From an uncultured Acidobacteriota bacterium (GTDB taxonomy: Bacteria; Acidobacteriota; Thermoanaerobaculia; Multivoradales; JAHEKO01), in assembly GCA_963719055.1 (NCBI GenBank), contig CAVRAU010000023.1, positions 136,699 through 200,698 of the forward strand: DNA of 64,000 nt. The letters run 5' to 3'. Shown in pieces: positions 28,617-39,720 of this stretch (positions are counted from its first letter, which is position 1; each line of letters starts with the position of its first letter). Both the position numbers and the translations under genes were made by a program. The notes under the pieces were generated by a model. It was not told the DNA's origin and made no database searches. It saw nothing but the letters and a program-made list of their open reading frames with translations.

Positions 28617-30180
28617 GGTTTAGCTCCATTTGCCGGCTCGACCAAGGGATAACGAGTCCAAGGGGTCCTGTACACCACCAGGACATCTCCGGCCATGGTG
28701 ATGTTGTTGGCGATCGGAATCTCGTGGACCGCCTGGAAAGCGGAGACGTCGTCGATGAGCCGGTCCAACCAGTTGGGAAAAATCACCAGATAGTCTGGCT
28801 TGTAGTGTTCCAGAAAAGCGACTGCGCCCCAGGTCTTGATCTCGGGATTGGCAATACCCGCCAGATCGACGACCTGGTTGGGAAGCAGGTACTTGATGGC
28901 ACCGATATCACCCACACCCAACACCGCCTCGGGCGGCAATCGGTGGGCCAGCCAGCGGGCGGCCCTGACGTCACTGTCCTGGACATTGACGACTCCTTGG
29001 GCGTAGCGACCCGCACCCTGGGCCAGCTCCGTCAGGGTCGGCGCCAGGAGAACCAGAACCGCCAGTAGGCGGAGAGGGATCCGCAAGAACCCTACCTTGA
29101 CCCACCTGGCGAGTCGCCGGGCGACGGGCTGCACGGCCAGAATTCCCAGGATGACCACGATGGGAAAAAGCGGAAAGTAGTAGCGGCCGAAATTCCCCAC
29201 AAGGCTGTACTTACCCGGCGGATCGATCAGACCGTAGGCGAACGGCAGACCAAAGAGCCAGAGAATCGGCAGCAGTCCACGGTTCCTTCTGGGTCCCCAG
29301 ATCGGCGAGAAGAATCAGGGCTCCGGCAGCGGCGAACAGAGCCATCCAGGGCTGTGCCTGGAAGAAGATCCCGAACACTGTATACAGATAGCCCATCTCC
29401 GGCAGCCACCGAGCCAGCCCTCCCGACTTGGCTCCAAATGTGGTGGGCAAGATCGATCCGGTGACTGAGAGATTGAAGACCAAGACCGGAGCTACGATCA
29501 CCGCGGCGATCGCCAATCCGACAAGCAGATCTCGCCACCGCGGCGGGTGCCAGGTCCCCTGACCATCCGCCCCGAGCCGAAATACCAGCAGCCGGTCGGC
29601 GACCGCCGCCAAGATCAGCAATGCCGCCTCCGGACGAGCCAGAAAGCCGAGCGCCAGGATGGGCAGCGACACGGGAATGCGCGCGGGATCTCGACGCTCC
29701 TGGATATGGAACAGAATTCCCGCCAGACTGAGGACGATGAACAGCGAGATCTCCAGACCCGGACAGCGCCGACCAGACGAGCCAGGAAGTCGCGAGGGTC
29801 ACCGCCGCGGCGAGGTTCGCCGGCCAGGGGTCCAGCCCCAACTCTCGTGACAAACGATAGGTCACCACGCCGCCGGCCAGATAGAGGACGACGCCGAAGA
29901 GCTTTGTCCAGAAGAGCGGATTGCCGGGTAGAAAAAAGATCAGGGACAGAAGGGCTGTCCACAGCGGCGCCGTCGAGCCGGGCACCAGCACCTCTGGATT
30001 GAACGAGAGACCGTTGCCGGCAAAGAGATTGCGAGCAAACTGCAGGTGGATCCAGCTGTCGTCGAGGGGAAACCCCAACTCGCCTCCGAGCAGATAGATC
30101 TCGACCACCAGATAGAAGAGACAGGCTGCCAGACCGAAGACCAGACAACCTAGCCAGATCCTGCTGTCTCTACTCCCCAT
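28613..30180 (-). CDS. ArnT/PMT-like (GT39/GT83-type) polytopic membrane glycosyltransferase; at least two apparent frameshifts
   Basis: N-terminal 'LGGELGFPLDDSWIHLQFARNLFAGNG...PLWTALLSLIFFLPGNPLFWTKLFGVVLYLAGGVVTYRL'. Middle and C-terminal pieces lie in other frames. ATGA overlap with the DegT gene. Confidence 0.55.
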
Positions 30181-30304
30181 GGCAGCGCCCGGATTCAAGT
30201 TGTCCGTTTGTGAAGGCTCCGATCTCTCCGCTCCAGACACCGGGTAAGGATACACAAACAATCGTCCCGGGAACGACTTTGCCGATGCTAAGATCGCGCC
30301 GCGC

Positions 30305-31741
30305 ATGTATCTTTCCAAGAGATTCGCCGCTCTTCCTCCGCGCCAAAAGCTTCTCGCTCGCATCGCACTCTACGGTGGGCTGGCCGCCCTCATGGGCCTC
30401 GTGGCGCTGGGGATCTCCTACTTCGCCCGCCCCCTGAAAAGGGGGAGGGACGCTATCGGAGACATCGCCGCGCTCAGTCAGACCGAGGAGGTGCGGCTAC
30501 TCCAGGAGTACATTCAGATCGACACCAGTTCGAGTACCGGTAGCGAGGTGGATGGCGCGCTCTTCCTGGCCGAGCACCTGCGGCAAGGGGGTCTCGAACC
30601 CTACATCGAGCGCCTCGGTGAAGACAAAGCCAACCTGTGGGCGATTCTGGAGGGCGAGACCGAGCAGGCCATCGTCCTCCACAACCACATCGACGTCTAT
30701 CCGGCGGGTGATCCGGAGGATTGGGACTTTCCACCTTTCGGGGGAGTGATCGACAAGGCCTGGATCTACGGCCGCGGCGCCTTCGATATGAAAAGCCTCG
30801 CCATCGCCCAGCTCATGGCCATCGTCGATCTGGCCAAGGATCAGGAACGACCCGAGAACACGATTATCTTCCTGGCTTCGGGCAGCGAGGAGGTGGGTAG
30901 CGATCTGGGCTCGAAATGGATCCTGGCCAACCACCCTGCCCTGGCCGACCGGTTCTCGGTCGTCCTGACCGAGGGTGGGGTCATCGAAGCGATCACTCAC
31001 GAAAACATCAAGTATTGGGGGGTCGAGTTCGCCCAGAAGTGGTTCGCAGACGGCTGGGCCTGCGCCCCGACTCGAGAGCGGCTGGAGGCTCTCAGAGAGG
31101 ATCTGAACCACATCAGCGACTCGAGTTACGAGTTACGAGTGACCCCAGAGATCCAGGACTTCGTGCTCTCGTATGGCGGTTCGCGGGGTAGCGAGAAGAC
31201 TCAGGAGATGCTGGACGACCTGCTCTCGACCCTCGACCATGCCGATCAGTTCAAGGCGCTGCCGCCCTATCTGCAATCGCTTTTCCGAGACGAGACCGCC
31301 CCTTTCGAGATCGAGCCGGATCCCGAGGGAGAAGGCTACAGGATGAGAATCATCCTGCATCTGCTGCCCGGTTCGGACTTCGAGGAGGCCAAGAGGACCC
31401 TTCTCCCCGACTGGGCGACTGCCGGCGTCTCACTGACCTTCACTCCTCCTGCGGGAGCGGATTACGGCAGCCCCATTGATCATCCTGCCTTCCAGATTCT
31501 TGTCGACTCTCTCCAGGAAGCCCATCCCTATGCCACTGTCGGCCCCTACTTTCTGGCCTGGTCGGCCACGGACGCCCGCTTCTTTCGCCAGGCCGGTACC
31601 CCGGCCTATGGCTTCTCGCCATTCCTGATCTTCGTCACCGACACCTTCCGCCGCGACACGCTCAACGAACGGATCGATCTGCGGGGCTTTGTCGAAGGTG
31701 TGGACCTCTACCGGCAGGTCGTCCGCCGACTCGCCGGCTGA
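30305..31741 (+). CDS. M20-family metallopeptidase (ArgE/DapE/CPG2-like) with N-terminal membrane anchor
   Basis: 'NHIDVYPAGDPEDWDFPPFGGVIDKAWIYGRGAFDMKS' and 'IIFLASGSEEVGSDLGSKW' match M20 metal-binding motifs. Confidence 0.75.
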   Translation: MYLSKRFAALPPRQKLLARIALYGGLAALMGLVALGISYFARPLKRGRDAIGDIAALSQTEEVRLLQEYIQIDTSSSTGSEVDGALFLAEHLRQGGLEPYIERLGEDKANLWAILEGETEQAIVLHNHIDVYPAGDPEDWDFPPFGGVIDKAWIYGRGAFDMKSLAIAQLMAIVDLAKDQERPENTIIFLASGSEEVGSDLGSKWILANHPALADRFSVVLTEGGVIEAITHENIKYWGVEFAQKWFADGWACAPTRERLEALREDLNHISDSSYELRVTPEIQDFVLSYGGSRGSEKTQEMLDDLLSTLDHADQFKALPPYLQSLFRDETAPFEIEPDPEGEGYRMRIILHLLPGSDFEEAKRTLLPDWATAGVSLTFTPPAGADYGSPIDHPAFQILVDSLQEAHPYATVGPYFLAWSATDARFFRQAGTPAYGFSPFLIFVTDTFRRDTLNERIDLRGFVEGVDLYRQVVRRLAG

Positions 31742-31838
31742 CAGGCTGTGGCAAACCCCTGGTCAATTCTTGTCACCTCGACGGCCGGGTTCTCCTGAAC
31801 CGACCCCAAAAACTCCCTGAAACAAGGGTTTTCTCGCT

Positions 31839-31854
31839 TGGCACGCAATCTGCA
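31839..31854 (+). promoter_or_regulatory. sigma54 (-24/-12) promoter
   Basis: TTGGCACGcaatCTGCA. GG and GC are 11 nt apart; TGGCACG-N4-TTGCA has one mismatch. ~50 nt upstream of the pilin start, with a GAGGAG RBS at 31895-31900. Confidence 0.65.
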
Positions 31855-31909
31855 GAAAGGGTATTCGAGCGAAGCGGAAACACTAACTGTTACAGAGGAG
31901 TGAATGACT

Positions 31910-32458
31910 ATGATGCGACTCATGAGACGACGGGGCCAAAAGGGTTTCACCCTTATCGAGCTCCTCATCGTGGTTGCCATCATCGGCATCATCGCTGCGA
32001 TCCTCATCCCGAACCTGCTGGATGCTCTCCAGAAGGCGAAGCAGAAGAGGACCGTTGGTGATATGCGTGATGTTGGTGCCGCCTGGTTCTCCTGGTTGAC
32101 CGACCAGGTGGGCGCAGCCGCCGCTGGAAGCACAGCCAAGACGTACAGCCTTCCTGGATCTTCGGTGACTGGAGATACTCTTCTCCAGACACTGTATCCG
32201 AACGACAACATGTTCTACATTCAGGAAGTGCCGAACACGGACGGTTGGGGTGGCCCTATTGAGTACTGGTACTCGGGCAACCCGCTCTCCGCCCAGGTCA
32301 TGGCGGTCCGCAGCTTTGGTCGTGACGGCACCGCCGGACCGAACGGTTCCGGAACGCCTACACCATGGGGCCCTTCCTGGCCTCGGATTACGATCAGGAC
32401 ATCGTCTGGGCCGACGGCTTCTTCGTCACCTACCCAGCAGGTGCCAAGATCGACTGAC
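31910..32458 (+). CDS. type IV pilin / pseudopilin (PilA-like) with prepilin N-terminus; probable frameshift near 3' end (~32360)
   Basis: 'RRRGQKGFTLIELLIVVAIIGIIAAILIPNLL' is a classic class III signal. The alternative-frame tail '...DYDQDIVWADGFFVTYPAGAKID*' ends at ~32458. ATGs at 31904, 31910 and 31913 are all possible starts. Confidence 0.85.
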
Positions 32459-32478
32459 GCTTTCACTCTCTGAAAGCA

Positions 32479-32510
32479 GGTTTTCCAAGAGGCGCCGCGA
32501 TTCGCGGCGC
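32479..32510 (+). terminator. rho-independent terminator after pilin gene
   Basis: gaggcgccgc-gattc-gcggcgcctc is a perfect 10-bp GC stem with a 5-nt loop, followed by ttttctttct. Confidence 0.85.
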
Positions 32511-32541
32511 CTCTTTTCTTTCTGGACCCGATTCTTCAAAG

Positions 32542-33934
32542 GTGCTGCCCTTGCTAGACTCTCACTCCACCGTGCGTGCTTCGGCCAGTCTCCTGCTCAT
32601 CCTCCTGGCGATCGCCTTTCCAGGCCAGGTCCTCCAGGCGCTGGAGCCGACGGTCGACGAAGCCACCGAGTGGCTCGAGCATTACATCGAGATCGACACC
32701 TCCACCCTCGACGGGGCGCGAAAGGCGGGCACCTATCTGCGCGGACTTCTCCATCAGGCCGGGGTGACCACCCAATGGATCATCTCTCCGGAGGGTCAGC
32801 CGTTTCTCTACGCTCGTGCCGAGGCTGCGGTAGCCGGTGCTCCTACTTTGATCCTGCTGCATCATCTCGATGCAGTTCCCGCCGGATCGGGCTGGACTCA
32901 CGAGCCGTTTGCGGCGGAGATCGATGAGGGGGCTCTCTACGGACGCGGAGCCATCGATGACAAGAGTCTGGGAATCGCCCATCTGGTCGCCTTTCTTGCG
33001 CTACCGGCAATCGACCTCCACATCCGTGGCGCTCGCCTTTCTCGCGGTTGGAGGAGAGGAAACCGGCGGCATGGCAGGAACCGGATGGCTGATCGACAAT
33101 CACCCAGAGCTCTTCGAAAACGTGGCAGCGGTCCTCACCGAGGGAGGCTCCAATCGGGTCTACGGTGATCGTGTCGCCTGGTGGGGAATCGAAGTGGCAC
33201 AGAAGCGACCCCTGTGGATGCTGGCGACCAGCACGGGTCGTCCCGGTCACGGCTCGACGCTCAATCTGCACAGCGCCCCCCACCGTCTCGTGCGAGGGCT
33301 CAGCAAGATGGTGGATCGACCTCTGGATTTCCGCCTGACGCCGGAAGCGAGGCTCTTTTTCGAAACGCTGGCACCGCTGGAGAGTCCCGCATTCCGGTCC
33401 GTGGTCGAGGATCTGGATTCCATTCTGGCGGAGCCCGACCCCGTCCTGCGGCTGCTGCCGGGCCTGCCCAACTATCTCTTGGATTCCGTCCAGGTCAATG
33501 TCCTGGAGGCCGGGTCGGATCTCAACGTGACTCCCGATGTGGCCCGGGCGCGGATCGACGCGCGCCTACTCCCCGACACTGACGAAGCCGCATTTCTGGC
33601 CGAGCTGCGCGAGCTCGCGGGTCCCGATGTCAAGCTCGAGGTTCTCCTGACTGCCGCCCAATCCCCACCCTCACCCACCGACCACCCTGTCTTTGTCTGT
33701 CTGCAGGATCAACTCGGCAGTTCGGCACCCGTGGTGCCGGCCTTCATCACCGCCATCACGGATGCGCGCTTTCTTCGCCAGCGAGACATTCCGGCCTACG
33801 GATTCTCACCGTTCCCCCTCGGCCCCCGGGCCCTGCGCGGTATCCACTCGAGCGACGAGCACATCCCCCTCGATGACTTTGGCGAGGGTATCGAGACCCT
33901 GTGGAAAGTGGTGTGGCGATGCACCGGCGGCTGA
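32542..33934 (+). CDS. M20-family metallopeptidase paralog (apparent frameshift ~33000)
   Basis: 'LILLHHLDAVPAGSGWTHEPFAAEIDEGALYGRGAIDDKS', then in another frame 'FLAVGGEETGGMAGTGWLIDNH...LTEGG'. Paralog of 30305-31741. Confidence 0.7.
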
Positions 33935-36361
33935 TTCGGTTGCTGCCGGTCATCATCGGCATCATCGCCCTGTCCATCCTCTACGGACAGCTACTTCTCC
34001 CGGGCAGAGCGCTGGCCGAGCGCGATATTCCCGGTCTTCATCTCCCCATGCTCACCGACCTCGCTCGCGTCGGCGCCGAGGGGATCCCCTACTGGAACCC
34101 CTCGATTCATGGGGGACAGCCCCTGCTCACCAATCCTCACTACGCCACCTTCTACCCGCCGACCTGGATGATCTTTCTGCTGCCCGTCGATTACGTCATC
34201 GGTCTACTGGTCTTTCTGCACGCGCTCTGGGCTTTCGTCGGCGCCTGGAGGTTGGCGCGGCGCTGGGGGTGCGAATCGGCCGCGGCCAGTCTGGCCGCCG
34301 TGGCATTTGTCGGCGGTGGCGCCTTCGTGTCTTCACCCAATCTGCTCAATCTGTTCCTGGGGATGGCCTGGCTGCCTTGGATTCTGGCGCTGGGGCGAGG
34401 AGGCCCTGCGGGAGCCAGCGGCCAGACAATGGGTCCCGGCGAGCGTCAAAACCGCTCTCGGAATCGGCGCCCAGGTTCTGGTGGGCAGCCCGATCATGCC
34501 GCTTGCTCAGTCTGTTGGCACTCCTGTGTCTGGCTCTCGAATACGTGCCGAGTCGCTGGTACCGGGTCGCACGGCTGGTGCCGATCGGTCTGACCTCCCT
34601 GGCTATCGCCGCCATTCAGCTGCTGCCGACTCTGCGACACATCGCCGACTCCTCCAGGGGGGCGGGCTTGGATCTCCACACCGCGACGACCTGGTCGACA
34701 CCCCCGGCGAGGTTCGCCGAGTTCTTCTGGCCGCGCATCTATGGCGACCCGACAATGGCCGAATCCCTCTTGTATTTCGGCTACCCCGGTGTCGAGCGAC
34801 CGGTGCCCCTGATTCTCTTCATCTACACCGGTCTGATGATCCTGGCGCTGGCGTTGGGCGGTCTTTTCGACAAACAGCTTCCCCGACGTCGCACCCTGAT
34901 CACCCTCATGCTTCTTGGGCGCCTTCCTCTCCTTGGGCCGCTACAACCCCCTCTACACCGCAGTCCTGGTCAAGGTGCCGCCTTTCTCGGCGATCCGATT
35001 TCCCGAGAAGTTCCTCATCTTGACCACCACCGCGATCGTCTTTGCGGCAGCCCTGGCCTGGCAGGGAATCCTCTCCAGTCGAGGCGAGGATCGAAAGGCG
35101 CGGCTGAGGGCGCCGCTGATCGTCGCCAGTGTCGCCCTGGTGCTGACGGCTATTCTCTATCTGGCCCCGCTGGTGGCACCGGATCTCGCAGTCCGTCTCA
35201 TCGAGGGAACCAGCGCCGAGAAGTTGCAGTGGTACGACAAGCCGGCAGGAGAGGCGACGCTGCCAGCCGAAGTCCTGGCCGTCAGGGCCGGTTACCTGGG
35301 CAAGGAGACCTTTGTCGCCGGTGTTTTCTGGTTCGGGGCCCTGATCCTTCTGCGCCTCCATTCGAGACCTGGGTTCTCGCCAGCTCTGCTGGTCGGACTC
35401 GTTCTGGCGCTGGTCACTGTGGAATTCGCGTACTACGGCCGGACCGTGAACAACCCGATACCCGCTGGCTTTCTACGCCAGCCACCAAGGGTATTGCAGC
35501 AGCTCCCGCCCTCGACTGGGCGGGTCTTCTCCGACGCGGGTCTCTTCAACGACTGGGAGTTCTTCATCCCCTCACCCGAGGAAAAGGTGCCACCGTCCTT
35601 ACAGCGATTCCTTCTGCGGCTCGATCCCTACTCGGCGAATCTCTGGGGATATTCCTATGCCCTGGAAACCGATCCCGACAAGATGATCAACCGGTGGGGG
35701 CGACATGCTCTGGAGACGCTGAGAACCGACTCGACTCTGTTGAGTGAGGGCTGGTCCGTGAGAGCCTATAGGTTCCTCGGCGCGTGGAATGTCGGCATCG
35801 TCGTCCGACGCCGATCGCCCAAGGCCCAGATGGATGAGAAGGAGCGCACGGGAACCATGCCGGACCCGGCGCGCGTGATCGGCAACCCCTATGTCCTGGA
35901 GAGATTCCGGTTTGTCTCCCGAGTGGACTCGTGTGCCGATCTGCCCGCCGCTGTGCAGCGGATCAAGGATCGAGACTTCGATCTCGAGGATTTCGACGCC
36001 ATCGTGGTCCCCTCGACAGCAGGCCGGGGGCCGCAGCCTGGAATTCGACTCGCAGGCCGAGGTGACCGTTATCGAAGACCACGCCAGCCGCATTCTGGTC
36101 GACTACCAAGCCCAGAACAAGGCCTTCCTGGTGGCCGCCATCACCGCCGACCGCGATTGGTCAGCGCGAGTGGATGGAGCCTCCACCCCCATCCAGGTCA
36201 CCGCCCTGGGTCAGATGGGCATCGAGCTCCCTGCGGGGTCCCACCGCCTGGTGCTCGAGCATCGGAATCCGGTGCTGATCTGGGGTGCCCTCATCAGCGG
36301 GCTCGCGCTCCTGGCTTGCGCGACCCCTCTCATTACCCGGACAATGCGTCATGGTGATTGA
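33919..36361 (+). CDS. second YfhO-family GT-C-like membrane protein (three or more apparent frameshifts)
   Basis: 'LPMLTDLARVGAEGIPYWNPSIHGGQPLLTNPHYATFYPPTWMIFLLP' parallels the N-terminal loop of the 18715-21030 paralog. C-terminus 'IELPAGSHRLVLEHRNPVLIWGALISGLALLA' matches the paralog C-terminus. Confidence 0.55.
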
Positions 36362-37128
36362 GTCCATCTTCTTCCTGCTCTGGGTGGGACTGGTCGGCCT
36401 GGTTGTCGGCAGCTACCTGAACGTCCTGATTCACCGGATTCCCCGGGGAAAGTCAACAGTCCTGCCCCGCTCGAGATGCCCCTATTGCCAGGGACCCATT
36501 CGGGCCAGGGACAACCTGCCGGTTCTGAGCTTCCTCATCCTGCGCGGACGCTGCCGCCACTGCCGGGCGCCGATCTCCTGGCGCTACCCGATCATCGAGG
36601 GCCTCACCTCCATCCTTTTCGTGGCGAGTCTTCTCAAGTTCGGAATCAGTCCGAGCCTGGTCCATGCACTGGTCTTTTCATGCTTGATGGTATTGCTGGC
36701 AGCCATCGACATGGAGCACTTCCTTCTCCCTGATCGCCTCACCCTGCCCGGCATCTTCGTCGGCCTGGGGCTGCAGCTCTGGGCTCCGATGCCGGGATTG
36801 CTCGATGCCGTGGTCGGCACCGCTGGTTGGCGCCGGCATCCTGATTCTGGTCATCAACTACTGGTACTGGTGGCGGGGTGAGGAGGGCATGGGAATCGGG
36901 GACGTCAATATGCTGGCACTGATCGGTGCGTTTCTGGGCTGGCAAGGTGTCTTGACGACAATCGTCCTGGCGACCTCGAGCGGGGCGCTGGTGGGGATCA
37001 GCATGCTCCTGGCCGGCCGCCTCGGCATGCGCTCGCGGTTGCCCTTCGGCTTCTTTCTGGCCCTGGGTGCTCTCCTGACCTTGTTCTTCGGCGATCTGCT
37101 GATCGCCTACTACAGCGGGTTGCTATGA
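36351..37128 (+). CDS. pilD: prepilin peptidase / N-methyltransferase (A24 family) (apparent frameshift ~36815)
   Basis: 'LPRSRCPYCQGPIRARDNLPVLSFLILRGRCRHCRAPISWRYP' is the tetracysteine zinc motif. Polytopic TMs. The A24 catalytic region 'GMGIGDVNMLALIGAFLGW' lies in a second frame. Confidence 0.8.
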
Positions 37129-38864
37129 GTCGTCGGCGCTGGCCGCGGCTCGGACTGCGGCGCGAGATCCAGATTCTCTTGCCGGTCACGGTCTTTCTGC
37201 TGGTTCTCATCTCCGGGTTCACTCTGTTCGCCTATCGCAGTGCCATCGACCTGTTGGTCGAGGAGCGCCAGCGAGAAGTCCTGGCCATCACCCAGAAGTT
37301 CGCCATCGATCTTGCCGCGGGCCCCTGGCCCACACCCACAGAGCTGCGTCGACAGGCCCCAGCCGCCAGTCGCATCGCCATTGCCGACACCACCGGTCGC
37401 CCGCTGCGCTCCTTCGGCGCCCAGGCGACTGGCAACCTTCTCACTCCGTTGCAGGGCCAACCTCTGACCCGAGCCGTGGCGTTCGGACCCGGTGCGGCCG
37501 CAGGCGACTCTGTCATGGGCTTCGCCCCCTTCCGGTATCAAGACCAGAGCTTCATCCTCCGTCTCGAGATGCCGGCCATGGAGTTGTCTCGGCAAAGGCA
37601 GGGAGTTGGCGTTCTGACCTGGGTCGTTCTGCCCACCAGCGTCGCGCTACTGATGCTGACCCTGCTCTTTCTGCCCCACTTCTTGAAGCCCTACGACACG
37701 CTGGTGGAGCAGGTGCAGCGGGTGACGCCGGACAGCGACGATCAGGACGATGTCTCGATGCTCGTGTCCACTGTAGACAAGGCGTTGACCGCTCTGGCAG
37801 CCGCCTCCAAAGAGTCCTCGGAGGACGACTTCACCGCCCTGCAGCGCACACTGGGGGCCAGCCTGGAGAGCGGTCTTCTCCTTCTCGATCAGCAGGGGCT
37901 GGTCCTGACTCTCAACCAGCTGGGCAGCGATCTCCTCGAGATCGACCCGATCGAGGAACCGGTTCCCGTGGCGACCTGTCTGGAGACTCATCCGGGGCTG
38001 CTCGCCATGTTGTCCCAGGCCGTGACTGAAGCCAAGGGTCTTCCCCGTCAGGAAATTCGCCTCGAGACCTCCGAGGGCGGTCGCACCCTGGGATTCACGG
38101 TTCATGTCCTGCGACGGGACGACAGCACGGTCCGGGGCCATCTCGCTCTGTTCGTCGATCTCACGGAAAGCCACCGGGAAGCCGAAGCTCGCCAGCTCGC
38201 CACCAGTCTGGAGCAGCTCGGTGAGGTGGCCGCAGGAGTCGCTCATGAACTGCGCAACAGCTTGGCGACCCTGCGTGGATATCTGACGCTCATCGAACGC
38301 CATCCGGATGAAGAATCCATCACCGACTATCTGCAGGAGATCCGTCGAGAAAGCGACCACCTGCAGAGGGTTGTCGAAGACTTCCTGTCCTTCGCGCAAC
38401 CGGACAGCGCCCGGGTCGAAACCGTGGATCTGCTGGCAATCGCTCGCAGAGCGGCCGCCGACCCGGCCCTGGAAGCGGTACCGGTGGAGATCGAACCCCA
38501 AGGAAGTGCATCGTGGAAGCTGCAAGGGGATGCGCAGCTGTTGGAGCGGGCGCTGCGCAATCTTCTGCACAATGCCGCTCGAGCCGAGCAGGACGCCGGA
38601 CGATCAGGTCCCATTCACCTGAGCCTGCAGCAGAGAGGGGACCAGATCGAGCTGGCAGTCGAGGATCGCGGGCCGGGAATTCCCACCGAGGTCCGCACCA
38701 GACTCTTCCAGCCCTTCGCCACAGGCCGCAGTGACGGTGTGGGTCTGGGCCTTTCCCTGGCTCACCGCATCGTGACGCTGCATGGCGGCAGGATCGATCT
38801 CGAGGACCGCCCGGGAGGCGGGACCCGAGCGGCGATTTCATTTCCCTTTGGCATTTTTGTGTAG
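37125..38864 (+). CDS. sensor histidine kinase (2 TM, periplasmic sensor, HisKA + HATPase_c)
   Basis: H-box 'GVAHELRNSLATLRGYL', N-box 'LRNLLHNAARA' and G-boxes 'DRGPGIP...GVGLGLSLA'. ATGA overlap with pilD. Confidence 0.85.
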   Translation: MSRRRWPRLGLRREIQILLPVTVFLLVLISGFTLFAYRSAIDLLVEERQREVLAITQKFAIDLAAGPWPTPTELRRQAPAASRIAIADTTGRPLRSFGAQATGNLLTPLQGQPLTRAVAFGPGAAAGDSVMGFAPFRYQDQSFILRLEMPAMELSRQRQGVGVLTWVVLPTSVALLMLTLLFLPHFLKPYDTLVEQVQRVTPDSDDQDDVSMLVSTVDKALTALAAASKESSEDDFTALQRTLGASLESGLLLLDQQGLVLTLNQLGSDLLEIDPIEEPVPVATCLETHPGLLAMLSQAVTEAKGLPRQEIRLETSEGGRTLGFTVHVLRRDDSTVRGHLALFVDLTESHREAEARQLATSLEQLGEVAAGVAHELRNSLATLRGYLTLIERHPDEESITDYLQEIRRESDHLQRVVEDFLSFAQPDSARVETVDLLAIARRAAADPALEAVPVEIEPQGSASWKLQGDAQLLERALRNLLHNAARAEQDAGRSGPIHLSLQQRGDQIELAVEDRGPGIPTEVRTRLFQPFATGRSDGVGLGLSLAHRIVTLHGGRIDLEDRPGGGTRAAISFPFGIFV

Positions 38865-38974
38865 AAAAGAAACAAAACTCGCACACCGGGGTCTGTCGTG
38901 AGAATCCCTTGGCAACACTCCTAAGTCCTTCTCTCACAAGTAGTTGATGCGTATTCAAAGAGATGCCAGAGACC

Positions 38975-38989
38975 TGGCACTACTCTTGC
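38975..38989 (+). promoter_or_regulatory. sigma54 (-24/-12) promoter upstream of minor-pilin operon
   Basis: TGGCACtactcTTGCg. GG/GC spacing is 11 nt, a near-consensus match. ~65 nt upstream of the fimT-like start. Confidence 0.6.
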
Positions 38990-39052
38990 GACACCATAGA
39001 TCCGATCTCAGCGATGTGTCCGTTGATGGACGACCCACGGAGAGACCAGAAA

Positions 39053-39698
39053 ATGCGTTCCAATCGTCAAGACCACTCGCACGCAGGCTTCACCCTCTTC
39101 GAGCTGCTCGTCGTGATCGCCCTGATCTCCATCATGGCGACCATGGCGACACCCAATTTCCTGCGTTTGATTCAACGCTCGAAGCTCACCGGCATCGCCC
39201 AGGAGACATCGTTGCTCATGCGGATGGCGCGTGACTACGCGATCCGCTACAACACGGAAACCGTTGTCCGCATCGACGTGAACACCAACGAAGTCATCGC
39301 TTTTGTCGAAGTGGACGGCGTCCTCCCCGGTGACCCGGGTGACCGGATCTTCAACCCCATCGCCGGCAGCCCACATCGCTCTACCGATTGGGAACTGGCC
39401 AGATACCAGCTGCCGAGTCGGGTGACGTTCGATGCCCCGGCGGCTGACCCACTGGTCGGAGGCGGTACGCCCATCTGGGCGTTCACTCCGGTGGCCGGAG
39501 AGAACGTTGCGGTGTTTCAGCCCAATGGATCAGCCGACACTACGGGGAGCCTTTCGGTTTGCCGATCCCTTCGGGAACTTTCTGCAGGTCCGGGTCGAGC
39601 CGGCGGCCACGGGTCGCGTGCGGATCGAGAAGTTCCACGACGCCGACGTGAGGTGGTACTTCCGCAACGAGAACAACAAACCCTGGGAATGGAAGTAA
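39053..39698 (+). CDS. FimT/GspH-like minor (pseudo)pilin (apparent frameshift ~39555)
   Basis: 'HAGFTLFELLVVIALISIMATMATPNF' prepilin motif. The C-terminus in the alternative frame ends '...RVEPAATGRVRIEKFHDADVRWYFRNENNKPWEWK'. Confidence 0.7.
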
Positions 39699-39720
39699 CG
39701 GCAGCGAGAGGAACCTACCC

